Assembly: GCA_964016885.1 (NCBI GenBank) | Contig: OZ024758.1 | Span: 23,994,001 to 24,058,000 of the forward strand | DNA length: 64,000 nt | Source: Eledone cirrhosa | Taxonomy: Eukaryota | Direction of reading: 5' to 3' | Shown: one piece after another, positions 12,808-24,486 of the stretch | How the letters are laid out: each line of letters starts with the position of its first letter | Numbering within the stretch: position 1 is the stretch's first letter | Translations under genes and position numbers: made by a program | Notes under the pieces: model-generated | The model's database searches: none | The model's input: the letters and a program-made list of their open reading frames with translations, nothing else | Told to the model about the DNA's origin: nothing

Positions 12808-13258
12808 TAGGGCGGGTAAAATTCCCGAGATCCATGGACGAGTTCTCTCCAGCGGTCTCTGTCCCTCATCATCGTTGCCATGTCTTGCGTCTCCAAGAGA
12901 CCAGTGTCTGTCTTTAGGGCATCAACATATGTCAACTTCGGTCTCCCTCTTCCAGTGTGTCCATGCAGGGGCTCTCACAGGAGCACTGAGTGCAGTGTCA
13001 ACTCTGGATGTCGGTGAGCATGTCCAACTAACCTCAGTCTCTTCTGTGCTACTCTCGAGCTGACTTTTGGGAGGCTGCCGTACAGCTCTGAATTCTTCAT
13101 CCTCAGTGTATACTGATTAATGTTCAGAGCCATCCTCAGCATTCTCGTGTAGCACCCATCCACCGTCTGAGTGAGTTTCTTGGTCAGTGTCCAAGTCTCA
13201 GATCTGTGCAGAGCACAGACTCCACTACAGCAACGAAGAGACGGATCTACAGGTCTTT
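12808..13258 (-). pseudogene. RTE/RTEX-type LINE 3' fragment
   Basis: DGCYTRMLRMALN...LYGSLPKVSSRVAQKRLRLVGHAHRHPE. The same family is at 47848-48108. Confidence 0.8.
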
Positions 13259-13299
13259 ATGTATGTATATATATATATGCGTGTATATATGTATGGCGG

Positions 13300-13690
13300 A
13301 AGGGCGGAAGAACTCAAAAGAGTCAACGGCCATCCAAAAATGTGTAAATATATATATACACATGTACCGCACGGTTAAACCACTGGGAGTGAAGGACCCC
13401 TAGCCTTTGTCAGGGCATTCTTCTAGGAGAAGGCAGCTCAGGAACTGGGATGACTCCGATATAAAACCTGCGGCTCAGTAGTTACCGATGATGTTGATCT
13501 TTTCTTCTTTTCGGGTTATAGCTACTGTCGCTCAGAGAGTGGGATTGGCTCAGTGCACAGTCTTTCCTCACTTTAAAAAAAATCTTCACGCACAGGCATT
13601 GCACGATAGAATTAATTAATAATTATTAATAATGGTATATCATGCAATGGCCATACTCGATAACGAGGGGGCAGCCATCATGTATGTATG
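13300..13690 (+). mobile_element. Diverged relative of the 3273-3770 family
   Basis: Shares GAGTCAAYGGCCATCCAAAA, CCTAGCCTTTGTCA, TCTAGGAGAAGG and the GCAGCCAYCATGTATG terminus. Confidence 0.55.
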
Positions 13691-13712
13691 TATATATGTG
13701 TGTGTGTGTGTG

Positions 13713-13810
13713 GGAGGATGGCTGTTGCAGCGGGTATCGCTGGCCATTGACCGCGGGAATGCTTTCGCGGTCATGTCCGCGATGCGCAGCGCCTCTATCA
13801 CCGTACCCTA
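13713..13810 (+). pseudogene. CRE-clade 3' fragment abutting (GT)n
   Basis: GWLLQRVSLAIDRGNAFAVMS...*. Confidence 0.7.
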
Positions 13811-14161
13811 GGCCCAGAGCCAAATCGTCCTCTCTCTTCCCTCCTTCCCCGTTCTTCTGTGACACCAGTGTTCTTGCCTTTCACTCGCCTTCCTGTTTTT
13901 CCTTTTTTTTTCTTTATATTTTTCCTATTTTACATTCCATTCTTCTCAATTTAAATTTCCTTTTTTTTCTTGTTCTATTAAACTGTATTTACAAGATATA
14001 TTCCGGAGATAAAATGTTTTTCATAAATAAATAAGTAAATGTAGATAAATAAAAGGAATTGTTACAAGAAATGCCAAGAATGTATTTCTTAGATGCTTGC
14101 TGCTATCTCGTGAGTGGGGGGGGGGGGGGGGGGTTATTTTTGATGGCTTTACTTATGTTTG

Positions 14162-14495
14162 TGAAAGCACATGGCTTAGTGGTTACAGCATTGGGTTTGC
14201 AATCGAAAGGTTGTGAGTTCGATTCTCGGACCGGGTGATGTGTTGTGTCCTTGAGCAAGACACTTTATTTCACGTTGCTCCAGTTCACTCAGCTGTAGAA
14301 ATGAGTTGCGACGTCACTGGTGCCAAGCTGTATCAGCCATTGACTTTTTCCTTTGGACATCATCGGTGGCGTGGAGAGGGGGAGACTGGTATGCATGGGC
14401 GACTGCTCGTCTTCCACAAAACAAACCTTGCCTGGACTTGTGCCTCGGAAGGAACATTTCTAGGTGCAGATCTCATGGTCATTCGTGATCGATGT
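14162..14495 (+). mobile_element. tRNA-derived CORE-type SINE (octopus OR2-like)
   Basis: A-box TGGCTTAGTGG, B-box GAGTTCGATTC, and core GTGTCCTTGAGCAAGACACTTTATTTCACGTTGCTCCAGTTCACTCAGCTGTAGAAATG. Confidence 0.8.
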
Positions 14496-14581
14496 TTTTA
14501 TTTTTATTATATAGAAAACTAAGTTTAAGAAGAGCGTCTTGTTTTCATGTCTTTCCTCTATAAACAACATTCGTGAGTTCA

Positions 14582-14773
14582 ATAATTGTTTCTACGTTAG
14601 GCACAAGGCCAGCAATTACCCAGTGTATTACTGATACTTTATTTTATCGACCCCGTAAGGATGAAAGACAAAGTTAACTTCGGCGGGATTTGAACTCAGA
14701 ATGGCAAGGGCCGTAACTCTATGCGCCAAAGCATGGCATCCGACCCTCTACCGATACTGGCAATCCACCGCCT
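14582..14773 (-). mobile_element. Full-length OK-like SINE with TSD
   Basis: TCGTGAGTTCAATAAT flanks both ends. Confidence 0.88.
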
Positions 14774-14991
14774 TCGTGAGTTCAATAATAACAAGGAATT
14801 ATTATAAATACACTGACAGATCAGTTCACCCGTAATTTACTTCTTGTCCTTCAACTATTCAAATTGTATTTTTTAATTTGCGGTCATTGAATAGAAGACC
14901 GCGCGCGCGTGCGTGTGCGTGTGCGTGTGTGTGTGTGTGTGGTCGTATATACACACACACACACACACATACAATAAATATATATATATAT

Positions 14992-15195
14992 ATAAAGGAG
15001 GAAATGTGGTAAGGAACCAGGTGGACCATAACGCACCAAAGTACTCAATACTTAGGGTAGTAGAGTGGGTAATAGGAACGAGTAGGACCCCGACGGCTGA
15101 GCTCAAGCCGTTTCGACGGCTAATTCTGGACTGAATTACCGTCCAGAATTAGCCGTCGAAACGGCTTGAGCTCAGCCGTCGGGATCCTACTCGTT

Positions 15196-15200
<5 letters not shown>
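14992..15200. mobile_element. Family A fold-back element in (TA)n (60-bp arms plus about 80-nt tail) carrying the 3' half of a hammerhead
   Basis: Arms at 15072-15131 and 15141-15200. Contains GAAA-CGGC-ttgagctca-GCCG-TC-GGG(G/A)TC. Confidence 0.75.
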
Positions 15201-15235
<35 letters not shown>

Positions 15236-16376
15236 AGAAAAAAGAGAATCAGTGTTGCGACGAAAGGAATCTATTGGACATATTACAATTGTTTCTCGGG
15301 CGACCAGCTCGAGGCACGATCGATATTGTGATCAAACCTGACTCTGAAATCGCGCGGTCCTCGGATACGTCTCGATTCTACGAAGCAGATTTTCTATTGT
15401 CCTTTAACATCGAATTCTTTCGTTTGTTGATTTAGATCCTGTTGTTGTCATTCCATGAGTGGTCAAGAATTGTACACGTCACCGGTATTTCTAGCCACTC
15501 ATGGTTGCCCACTGTTTGGTTCTTCTCCTCCACCTGTCAATCAAAATTTCTTCATATATCAGAATCACTACTGTAGTCCGCCGAGGTTAACTTTGCCTTT
15601 CATCCTTACGAGGTCGTTAAAATAAAGTACCAGTAATGCACTGGGATAATTGCTGGCCTTGTGCCAAAAGTAGAAACAATTATTACTAATTGCATTGTCA
15701 GCAATAACAAAATAGTCAAAATGGTGGCGATTTAAATCTAGAACCAACTATTACTGATATAGAAGATATGTATATCTTCCGATAGCGATAGATCGAACTG
15801 ATTATATTTGATCAATCAGTTAATTGATTCCGTCCAGCAATTACTCACTATGATTACACAGAAAAAAAAAAACAAACAAACACCCCCACCCCCCCAAAAA
15901 AAGAAAAACACAAAAAACACAAAAAAAAAAAAACACAAACCAACAAACAAAAAAGAACAAAACAAAGCAATCAACAACCCTCCACCCCAAAGAAAGAAAC
16001 AAAAACATCCCGAACCAACAAACGAAAAAGACAACCCCCCCCCCCGCTAAACCAACAAACAAAACAACAACAACAAAAAAACATCAACAACCAACCAACC
16101 AAACCTAAATCACCAAACCAACCTATTGTTATTTATCAGGACTATAAATATTTAAAGTTTACTAGCAGAAAAATCAGCCTTCGGGTGGTTTTCTGCTAGC
16201 ATGTGTAGTGTGTATATTGATATTATACGCAGGTATATATACATGTAGATATGATACATCAAATAAAATCGTATTTGACAATATATAATACACAGAAATT
16301 GAACGAAAACTGCGTTACACAGTCTTATGTAATCAGTAACGTAATCCATGATACATTAAAAAAAAGACGATATTAT

Positions 16377-16552
16377 TTGGCAGTATCGGTAGAGAGTCGG
16401 ACGCCATGCTTTGCAGCATAGTTACGTCCCTTTACGATCTGAGTTCAAATCCCGCCGAGGTTAACTTTGCCTTTCATCCTTACGGGGTCGATAAAAGTAC
16501 CAGTAATACACTGGAATATTGCTGGCCTCGTGCCAAAAGTAGAAACAATTAT
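16377..16552 (+). mobile_element. OK-like SINE
   Basis: Family motifs as above. Confidence 0.85.
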
Positions 16553-16582
16553 TTTAGCTTTAAAGTGGAATGCCTTCTACCC

Positions 16583-16674
<92 letters not shown>

Positions 16675-17129
16675 TGTATATATACACATGTTCGTATAAA
16701 TGTATATATACTCATGTTCGTATAAATGTGCCAAAAGTAGAAACAATTATATATAAACTGCATTAGGAGAAAATTAGTGACAGAAAATTAATATGTTTAT
16801 TTAAGCGATCGCCATCGGAAGTGTTGACATTTGGAAATTTTAAAGAAGTGAATCTTTCAATAAATAATAAAATATATTTAATGAACAGCCACGAAACTTA
16901 GTAGATAAATTATGTAATATTCATTCCTTATTTATTCAAAGTAATCCAACTTATTTTAGTAATGGGATACAAAATTATAAACCGTACGCAGTCCCACGCT
17001 CCTTACTTTATTATAGTTTAGATTTCCTTCTCTCTCCCCCACAATATTTTCTGTGGTGTAATGTATATATTACAGAGTTCATTTAATGCCATTATATCTT
17101 TTCTACTTATTTTACCGAATCCTTTACAG

Positions 17130-18127
17130 GATGTATATGTGTCTGTATGTGTATGTGTGTGTATATGTATGCGTATGTATGTATATGTGTGTATGTATGT
17201 ACATGTATGCATATATTTGTGTGTATGCGTGTATTTGTGTGTATGCGTGTGTTTATGAATGCGGGTGTATATGCGTATGTATGTATATACATGTGTGTAT
17301 GTATGTACATGTATGTATGCATATATTTGTGTGTATGCGTGTATTTGTGTATATACGTGTGTTTATGAATGCGGGTGTGTAAGCGTATGTATGTATGTGT
17401 GTATGTGTTTGTATGTATGCGTGTGTATGTATGCATGTATTTATATATGTGTGTGTTTATATATGCGTGTGTATGTATGCACATGTGTGTATGTATGTAC
17501 ATGTATGTATGCATGTATTTGTGTGTATGCGTGTGTTTATGAATACGGGTGTGTATGCGTATGTATGTATATACATGTGTGTATGTATATATGTGTGTAT
17601 GTGTTCGTGTGTGTAAGCGCATGTATGTATATACATGTGTGTGTATGTTTGCATGTATTTGTGTATGTGTGTGTTTGTACGGATGTATGTGTATGTATAT
17701 GTATGTATGTGTGTGTATATGTATGTGTGTGTATATGTATGTATGTATTTGTGTGTATATGTACGTGTGTATGTATTTGCGTGTATGTGTGTAGGTATGC
17801 ATGCATTTGCATATGTATGTATGTGTGTATGTCTGCATGTATGAGTGTGTGTATGTATGCATGCGCATATGTATGTATGTGTGTATGTCTGCATGTATGA
17901 GTGTGTGTATGTATGCATGCGCATATGTATGTATGTGTGTATGTTTGCATGTATGAGTGTGTGTATGTATGCATACGCATATGTATGTATGTGTGTATGT
18001 TTGCATGTATGAGTGTGTGTATGTATGCATGCGCATATGTATGTATGTGTGTATGTTTGCATGTATGCGTGTGTGTATGTATGCATGTACATTTATATGT
18101 ATGCATGTATGTATCAATGTATGCGTG

Positions 18128-18165
<38 letters not shown>

Positions 18166-18180
18166 CGTATATACACACAC
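17130..18180. repeat. Compound (TG/TA/TGTA)n microsatellite
   Basis: Low-complexity sequence. Confidence 0.95.
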
Positions 18181-18357
18181 AACGACATTACAACGACATT
18201 ACATCATACAACCCACTAGCAGTGGAGTTATTCAGCCGTGTATTCTCACTGATTGAATATCTCGCTTAAATGAACTGACAATTTTATTGTCGATATGATG
18301 TGCATTTGTGATTCTAATATATATACATCTGTATGTATATATATATATATGTGTGTG

Positions 18358-18586
18358 AATGAAGTAATTCCGTCGGAAAAGTAGGTAACAGAGCTTAATA
18401 GTTATGTAATAAACAACATAAGGCAATTATTCCATTTACCAGTGGTTTCTTAAAAGCAAAAAATTTTGCTTTCAATCCTCAGAATGAAAAATCCTGGATT
18501 TTTTCATTCTGAGGATTGAAAGCAACATTTTTTGCTTTTAAGAAACCACTGGTAAATGGAATAATTGCCTTATGTTGTTTATTACA

Positions 18587-18593
<7 letters not shown>
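18358..18593. mobile_element. Family G fold-back element (about 97-bp arms, axis about 18495, tail on the left) ending in (TA)n
   Basis: 18398-18494 is the reverse complement of 18496-18593. A homologue lies at 38833-39099. Confidence 0.75.
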
Positions 18594-18625
<32 letters not shown>

Positions 18626-18628
<3 letters not shown>

Positions 18629-18744
18629 TGGTTACACAACAGTTAGTTCACGATACCGAGAATTGTTCTCGGTATGGTGAACTAACTGTTGTGTAACCAC
18701 TTCTACCTAACTCGTCCCATGGATATTAGCTTCCAGTGTTCTAC

Positions 18745-18750
<6 letters not shown>
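18626..18750. mobile_element. Family E fold-back element in (TA)n (about 38-bp arms plus tail)
   Basis: AAGTGGTTACACAACAGTTAGTTCAC...GTGAACTAACTGTTGTGTAACCACTT followed by a tail. A homologue lies at 47662-47822. Confidence 0.7.
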
Positions 18751-18799
<49 letters not shown>

Positions 18800-18830
18800 C
18801 TGTTTCATTGTTTTATTCATTATTTTTTTA

Positions 18831-18877
<47 letters not shown>

Positions 18878-18910
18878 AGATCAAAAGATGGTTAAAAGAG
18901 TTCCATGTAT

Positions 18911-18976
18911 TTTATTATGCGCATTTCAAAAACAAATATCATCATGCAATAACATTTGTGTTTTCATCAGATAAAA
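18911..18976 (-). ncRNA. Type I hammerhead ribozyme motif (family D)
   Basis: Reverse complement reads TTTTAT-CTGATGA-AAACAC...TTTTT-GAAA-TGCGCA-TA-ATAAAA. Confidence 0.75.
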
Positions 18977-19125
18977 TAGGAAGACATGATATGAAGGTTA
19001 AAAAACACTTGTCGATAGTGCAGTTTTAAATCAACATATGAAAAGTAGTTTTAGATTGATGTGTGATATTTATCCGATATCTGCATTGCTTTATTGTACT
19101 ACAATAAAACTCACCTCCTACATTA

Positions 19126-19157
<32 letters not shown>

Positions 19158-19285
19158 GTAGGAGGTGAGTTTTATTGTAGTACAATAAAGCAATGCAGAT
19201 ATCGGATAAGAAGCACTCTACAGTTTGTAGGACTGGAGTATACATAATATATAAGATCAAAAGATGGTTAAATGAGTTCCATGTA

Positions 19286-19352
19286 TTTTATTATGCGCAT
19301 TTCAAAAACAAACATCATCATTTAATAATATTTGTGCTTTCATCAGATAAAA
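19286..19352 (-). ncRNA. Type I hammerhead ribozyme motif (family D)
   Basis: Inverted partner of 19466-19532. Confidence 0.75.
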
Positions 19353-19465
19353 CAGGAGGACATGATATGAAGGCTAAAAAACACTTGTGGATAGTGCAGT
19401 TGATTTGTTGATTTAAAACTGCACTATCCACAAGTGTTTTTTAGCCTTCATATCATGTCCTCCTG

Positions 19466-19532
19466 TTTTATCTGATGAAAACACAAATATTATTGCATGA
19501 TGATGTTTGTTTTTGAAATGCGCATAATAAAA
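19466..19532 (+). ncRNA. Type I hammerhead ribozyme motif (family D)
   Basis: TTTTAT-CTGATGA-AAACACAAATAT...ATGTTTGTTTTT-GAAA-TGCGCA-TA-ATAAAA: 6-bp stem I and palindromic stem III ATGCGCAT. Confidence 0.8.
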
Positions 19533-19571
19533 TACATGGAACTCCTTTAACCATCTTTTGATCTTATATAT

Positions 19572-19603
<32 letters not shown>

Positions 19604-19780
19604 ACGGAGAAAGCTAATAGCGATACTCCGACCAACTTCCAACTCACTCAACAAACATTAAGAAATACCTGAGTATATTCCCAATTATATGTTTGGGGTG
19701 CTAACTATATTGTATTGTGTGGATAGTCGGCTGTATTATTTTATATTAGACATAGTTAAATAAATCTCACTTATATATAT

Positions 19781-19815
<35 letters not shown>

Positions 19816-19846
19816 CACATATATTTATACATATATATATATATAT

Positions 19847-19885
<39 letters not shown>

Positions 19886-19978
19886 TTTATACATATATAT
19901 ATATATATATACATGTATACACACATATATATATACACATATATTTATACATATATATATATATATACATGTATACAC

Positions 19979-20009
<31 letters not shown>

Positions 20010-20360
20010 TTTATACATATATATATATATATACATGTATACACATATATATATATATATATACACATATATTTATACATATATATATATATATACATGT
20101 ATACACATATATATACATACACATATATTTATACATATATATATATATACATGTATACACATATATATATATACATATATATATACATGTATATACACAC
20201 ATATATACATATATACACACACACACACACATATACGTATATATACATATATTCACACCTATATATATATATACACATATATACACACATATATTTAAAC
20301 ATACATATATACATATACACATGTATATAAATAAATACACACACATATACACGCATATAT

Positions 20361-20443
<83 letters not shown>

Positions 20444-21194
20444 AGACAGTGTTATATCCTGTATTAGGAATGTGCCATTTATAAGTCTCATTATTCCTCT
20501 TGTCCAATATGGCAATCTGCAACTGACTACTTATACTTCTCCTTTTCTCTCAGTCTTAAATGCCAGTGAAATACATCCGTAATATCACTCACTCCAAATA
20601 TTACTAAATATCAAACCAGAAACGGATATACACAGAACAGAACGTCACAATGGTAATGGACGCTAAGGATATTGAGTAGATATTTGCAAATGTAATATTC
20701 AGCCATTTTGTTTTTGTTGTATTTATTGTTTTTTCTCTTTGGTTTTGTTTTGTCATTTGCTATTTATATATATATATATATATACATTTTTACGGTTAGT
20801 AGAAATGGTGAAGTGGGAGAGCTTCTACTTGGTTACTTGACCTGCTAGAAATGATAGCAAAATTAACCTTTCAAAGTACATCCTGCTATCTTCATAGATG
20901 TAGAGATATGTTTATAGAAAAAAAACAAAACAAATATGGGATCATCATGGATTGGAAGACTTTTATCATATGTTTGTTAGCTTGTGGTTAAACAATAGCA
21001 ACAATAAGGTGGTGTCTACTCATATATATATATATATATAAATAAATGCCATTGTTAAATAATAAATGAATCAACTAATACCTTAACACTTCACACAAAG
21101 TAAAACATTTCCTAACCCAGAAAAGAGAGCGAGAGAAACAGAAAAGGAAAAAAAAAAAAAATTTTCTTCCTAATAATCGTCTCTTTCTCCCTGT

Positions 21195-21245
<51 letters not shown>

Positions 21246-21252
<7 letters not shown>

Positions 21253-21449
21253 AAGAAAGTGTGGTAAAATACCGTATGAACCATAACGCACCAGAATGCT
21301 CAATACTTAGAGATAGTAGAGTGGGAAATAGGAAAAGAGTCAGGATCACGACGGCTGAGCTCCGGCCGTTTCGACAGCTAGATCCGAACTCGGATCTAGC
21401 TGTCGAAACGGCTGGAGCTCAGCCGTCGGGGTCCTGACTTTTTCCCTAT
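21246..21449. mobile_element. Family A (subfamily 2) fold-back element in (TA)n
   Basis: Axis at about 21388 (GACAGCTAGATCCGA-AC-TCGGATCTAGCTGTC-GAAACGGC). Confidence 0.75.
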
Positions 21450-21809
21450 ATATATATATATATATATATATCCAATTGGATACAGAATCAAAATAGAAAT
21501 ATTAAAACAATGAAATTAAACACAAAACTGTTAATTCATAGTAAAACACATTATTTTACGATCGTTTCTGGGGGGTAGTTCCCTGTATGTTCATTCAATT
21601 ATTGATCTATGTAAAACATATTACAAAATATCATAGTAAGAAAAAAATACATATGTCTTCACTACCCGAATTAAGCCGTACGGCTCAATTCGGGATGTTT
21701 GTTTACAAACAAACCGAGCATTATAATAAATGTTCGGTGAATCCATACGTACATATATATATACATACTACTGTACGTCTGTATACATATATGTATGTAC
21801 GTATACATA

Positions 21810-21859
<50 letters not shown>

Positions 21860-22041
21860 TAAAAGGAAAAGAAAATGCTGACAAATTGTTCCCAGTGAAA
21901 AATAGTTTAATTAGGAATAAGTAAAAATTAGTAATAAGTATTGGTTAGTATTCAGTTTTAGTTTTAAGTTTTTACCGGTTGCGCATTTCTAATGCTTTTC
22001 AAAAATAATTTTGAGATAGAGCGCCCGTGATGTTTGCTCTA

Positions 22042-22074
<33 letters not shown>

Positions 22075-22735
22075 TCTACTTTAGGCACAAGGCAAGCAAT
22101 TACTCAGTAGATTACTGGTACTTTATTTTATCGACCCCGTAAGGATGAAAGGCAAAGTCAACCTCGGCGGGATTTGAACTCAGACTGTAAAAGGACGTAA
22201 CTATGCTAGAAAGCATGGCGTCCAACCCTCTACCGATACTGCCAATTCACCGATATATAATATTTGCAATATATATATATATGATATGCACTATATATAT
22301 ATATATATGATATATATATATATGATATGCACCTTGCAATAAGCTTGATAACTATATTATTAATAAGATATATGCAGTATTACCGCTATATATCATATTT
22401 AAATCAAAGAGTAGAACGACAGATGTTTCGGAGGTTTTATTTCTAGATTAATGTTTAATGTTAAATCGTAAATCAAAATACATTCCTATACGCATAGTCG
22501 TTTGTGAAATAGATTGAGTACACAAAAACAAAATGGCGCTACTGCTGATGTATAATGTTTCAAGAATACGCAAGAACACATATATCTCGAATATAGATTG
22601 AGAAACACACGTCTACACATATAAACACATTCCCGATGAAGGACTAACATCCGATACGTCAAACTTCTTTCTCTCTTTCATCCAAAGCGTGTACCTTAAT
22701 AAGAATCATTGTTTTTATAGTCTGTATGTCCTTTT

Positions 22736-22780
<45 letters not shown>

Positions 22781-22784
22781 GAGA

Positions 22785-23535
22785 GTGAGTGAGTGAAGGA
22801 GTGAAGGAGTGAAGGAGTGAGTGAGTGAAGGAGTGAGTGAAGGAGTGAGTGAGTGAGTGAGTGAAGGAGTGAGTGAGTGAGTGAGTGAGTGAGTGAAGGA
22901 GTGAGTGAGTGAGTGAAGGAGTGCGTGAGTGAGTGAAGGAGTGCGTGAAGGAGTGAGTGAGTGAGTGAGTGAGTGAAGGAGTGAAGGAGTGAGTGAGTGA
23001 GTGAGTGAAGGAGTGAGTGAAGGAGTGAAGGAGTGAGTGAGTGAGTGAGTGAAGGAGTGAGTGAAGGAGTGAAGGAGTGAGTGAAGGAGTGAGTGAAGGA
23101 GTGAATGAGTGAAGGAGTGAGTGAGTGAGTGAGTGAAGGAGTGCGTGAAGGAGTGAGTGAGTGAGTGAGTGAAGGAGTGAGTGAAGGAGTGAGTGAGGGA
23201 ATTAAGGAGTGAGTGAGTGAGTGAATGAGTGAATGAGTGAATGAGTGAATGAGTGAATGAGTGAATGAGTGAATGAGTGAATGAGTGAGTGAGTGAAGGA
23301 GTGAATGAGTGAATGAGTGAGTGAGTGAAGGAGTGCGTGAAGGAGTTAAGGAGTGAGTGAGTGAAGGAGTGAAGGAGTGAAGGAATGAGTGAGTGAGTGA
23401 GTGAGTGAGTGAGTGAGTGAGTGAGTGAGTGAGTGAGTGAGTGAGTGAGTGAGTGAGTGAGTGAGTGAGTGAGTGAGTGAGTGAGTGAGTGAGAGTGAGA
23501 GAGTGAGTGAGTGAGAGAGTGAGTGAGTGAGTGAG
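22785..23535. repeat. (GAGT)n/(GAAG)/(GAAT) compound microsatellite
   Basis: Visible tetranucleotide repeat. Confidence 0.95.
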
Positions 23536-23789
23536 AATATGAAATCAGATTTGCAGCTTATGAAACTTTATTTCATACTACAATTGTATCGATATCGATC
23601 AGCTCGGGCTTGATCAGGCGATCAGATCCTGAGACCTCTTCAGATATGCGAGTTGACATGGGTGGTCCCATTACTCACATAATAACCTATATATGTGTGT
23701 ATGTAAAAGGTAAACAGAAATAACAACACAATCGGTACAGTATATGGAAGGTATATATACGGATAACGCTCGATATAGCAGGAAGAGTG

Positions 23790-23825
23790 TCTTAACGTTT
23801 CGGACGCTAGTCCTTCATCAGAAGA
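23790..23825 (-). ncRNA. Minimal type I hammerhead ribozyme motif
   Basis: Reverse complement reads TCTT-CTGATGA-A-GGAC-tagc-GTCC-GAAA-CG-TT-AAGA with palindromic AACGTT stem III. Eroded relatives lie at 33103-33138 (-) and 22631-22665 (+). Confidence 0.75.
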
Positions 23826-24374
23826 AAGAATGAGAAATAAAATAGATTCAGAGGGAGGTATTTTCATTTCTAATTGGGGAGGTATTTCCATACAGATACG
23901 AATTTAAGGTTAGTGTACAGGCGGTAATATCAAGAGTATCTCGCTTGTACTTTATTTTATCGTCATCGGAAGGGTAAGGGACAAAGTTGATCTCTGTCGG
24001 GGTGTGAAGTGACGTAAATAAATATCAAAGTCACTTCGTCCTGTTAATTCACGGCCCGTGTGTACATAATGTGTGCATGCAGGATACCGTAACCCTGATG
24101 GTGTAGTAGGGGAGGCGTATTGGCATTTTAAACCCTGGCTGAACCCATCTCCTCTCCAGGTCTGAATACAGCAGATTTCTTTCAGAGAAAGGCCAAAAGT
24201 GAGAAAGAGATATGGAGGAAGAATCGACACCCAGTACTAAACTGGTATTTAAAAACATATTTTGAGTAGTTAAACCTGGCTGAGTGCATCCCTCTCCAGG
24301 TCTGAACATAACCGATTCGTACGAGAGAGAGAGAGAGAGAGCGAGCGAGAGGGAGAGAGAGAGAGAGAGGGAGG

Positions 24375-24412
<38 letters not shown>

Positions 24413-24431
24413 GAGAGAGGGAGAGATATAG

Positions 24432-24486
<55 letters not shown>

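Larger units (their letters stand above)
18873..19575. mobile_element. Two family D insertions in (TA)n (18873-19123 and 19156-19575)
   Basis: The second insertion has about 160-bp inverted arms (axis about 19405) with a roughly 90-nt tail at 19156-19245. The first is an inverted arm plus a tail fragment. Confidence 0.75.

Noticed and set aside
14992-15200. Fold-back elements as Tc1/mariner MITEs with TA TSD
   Set aside because: The ends are asymmetric (tail on one arm), the arms meet at the centre with variable filler, and ribozyme motifs point to an RNA intermediate. A DNA-transposon origin is not fully excluded for families C and E.
15141-15200. Family A as a complete type II hammerhead using downstream ACCCTAAGTA
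   Set aside because: CTAAGTA lacks G5 and G8, and no stem II partner follows.
15432-15533. Possible minus-strand terminal exon VEEKNQTVGNHEWLEIPVTCTILDHSWNDNNRI*
   Set aside because: Weak acceptor, no recognised homology and no supporting upstream exons.
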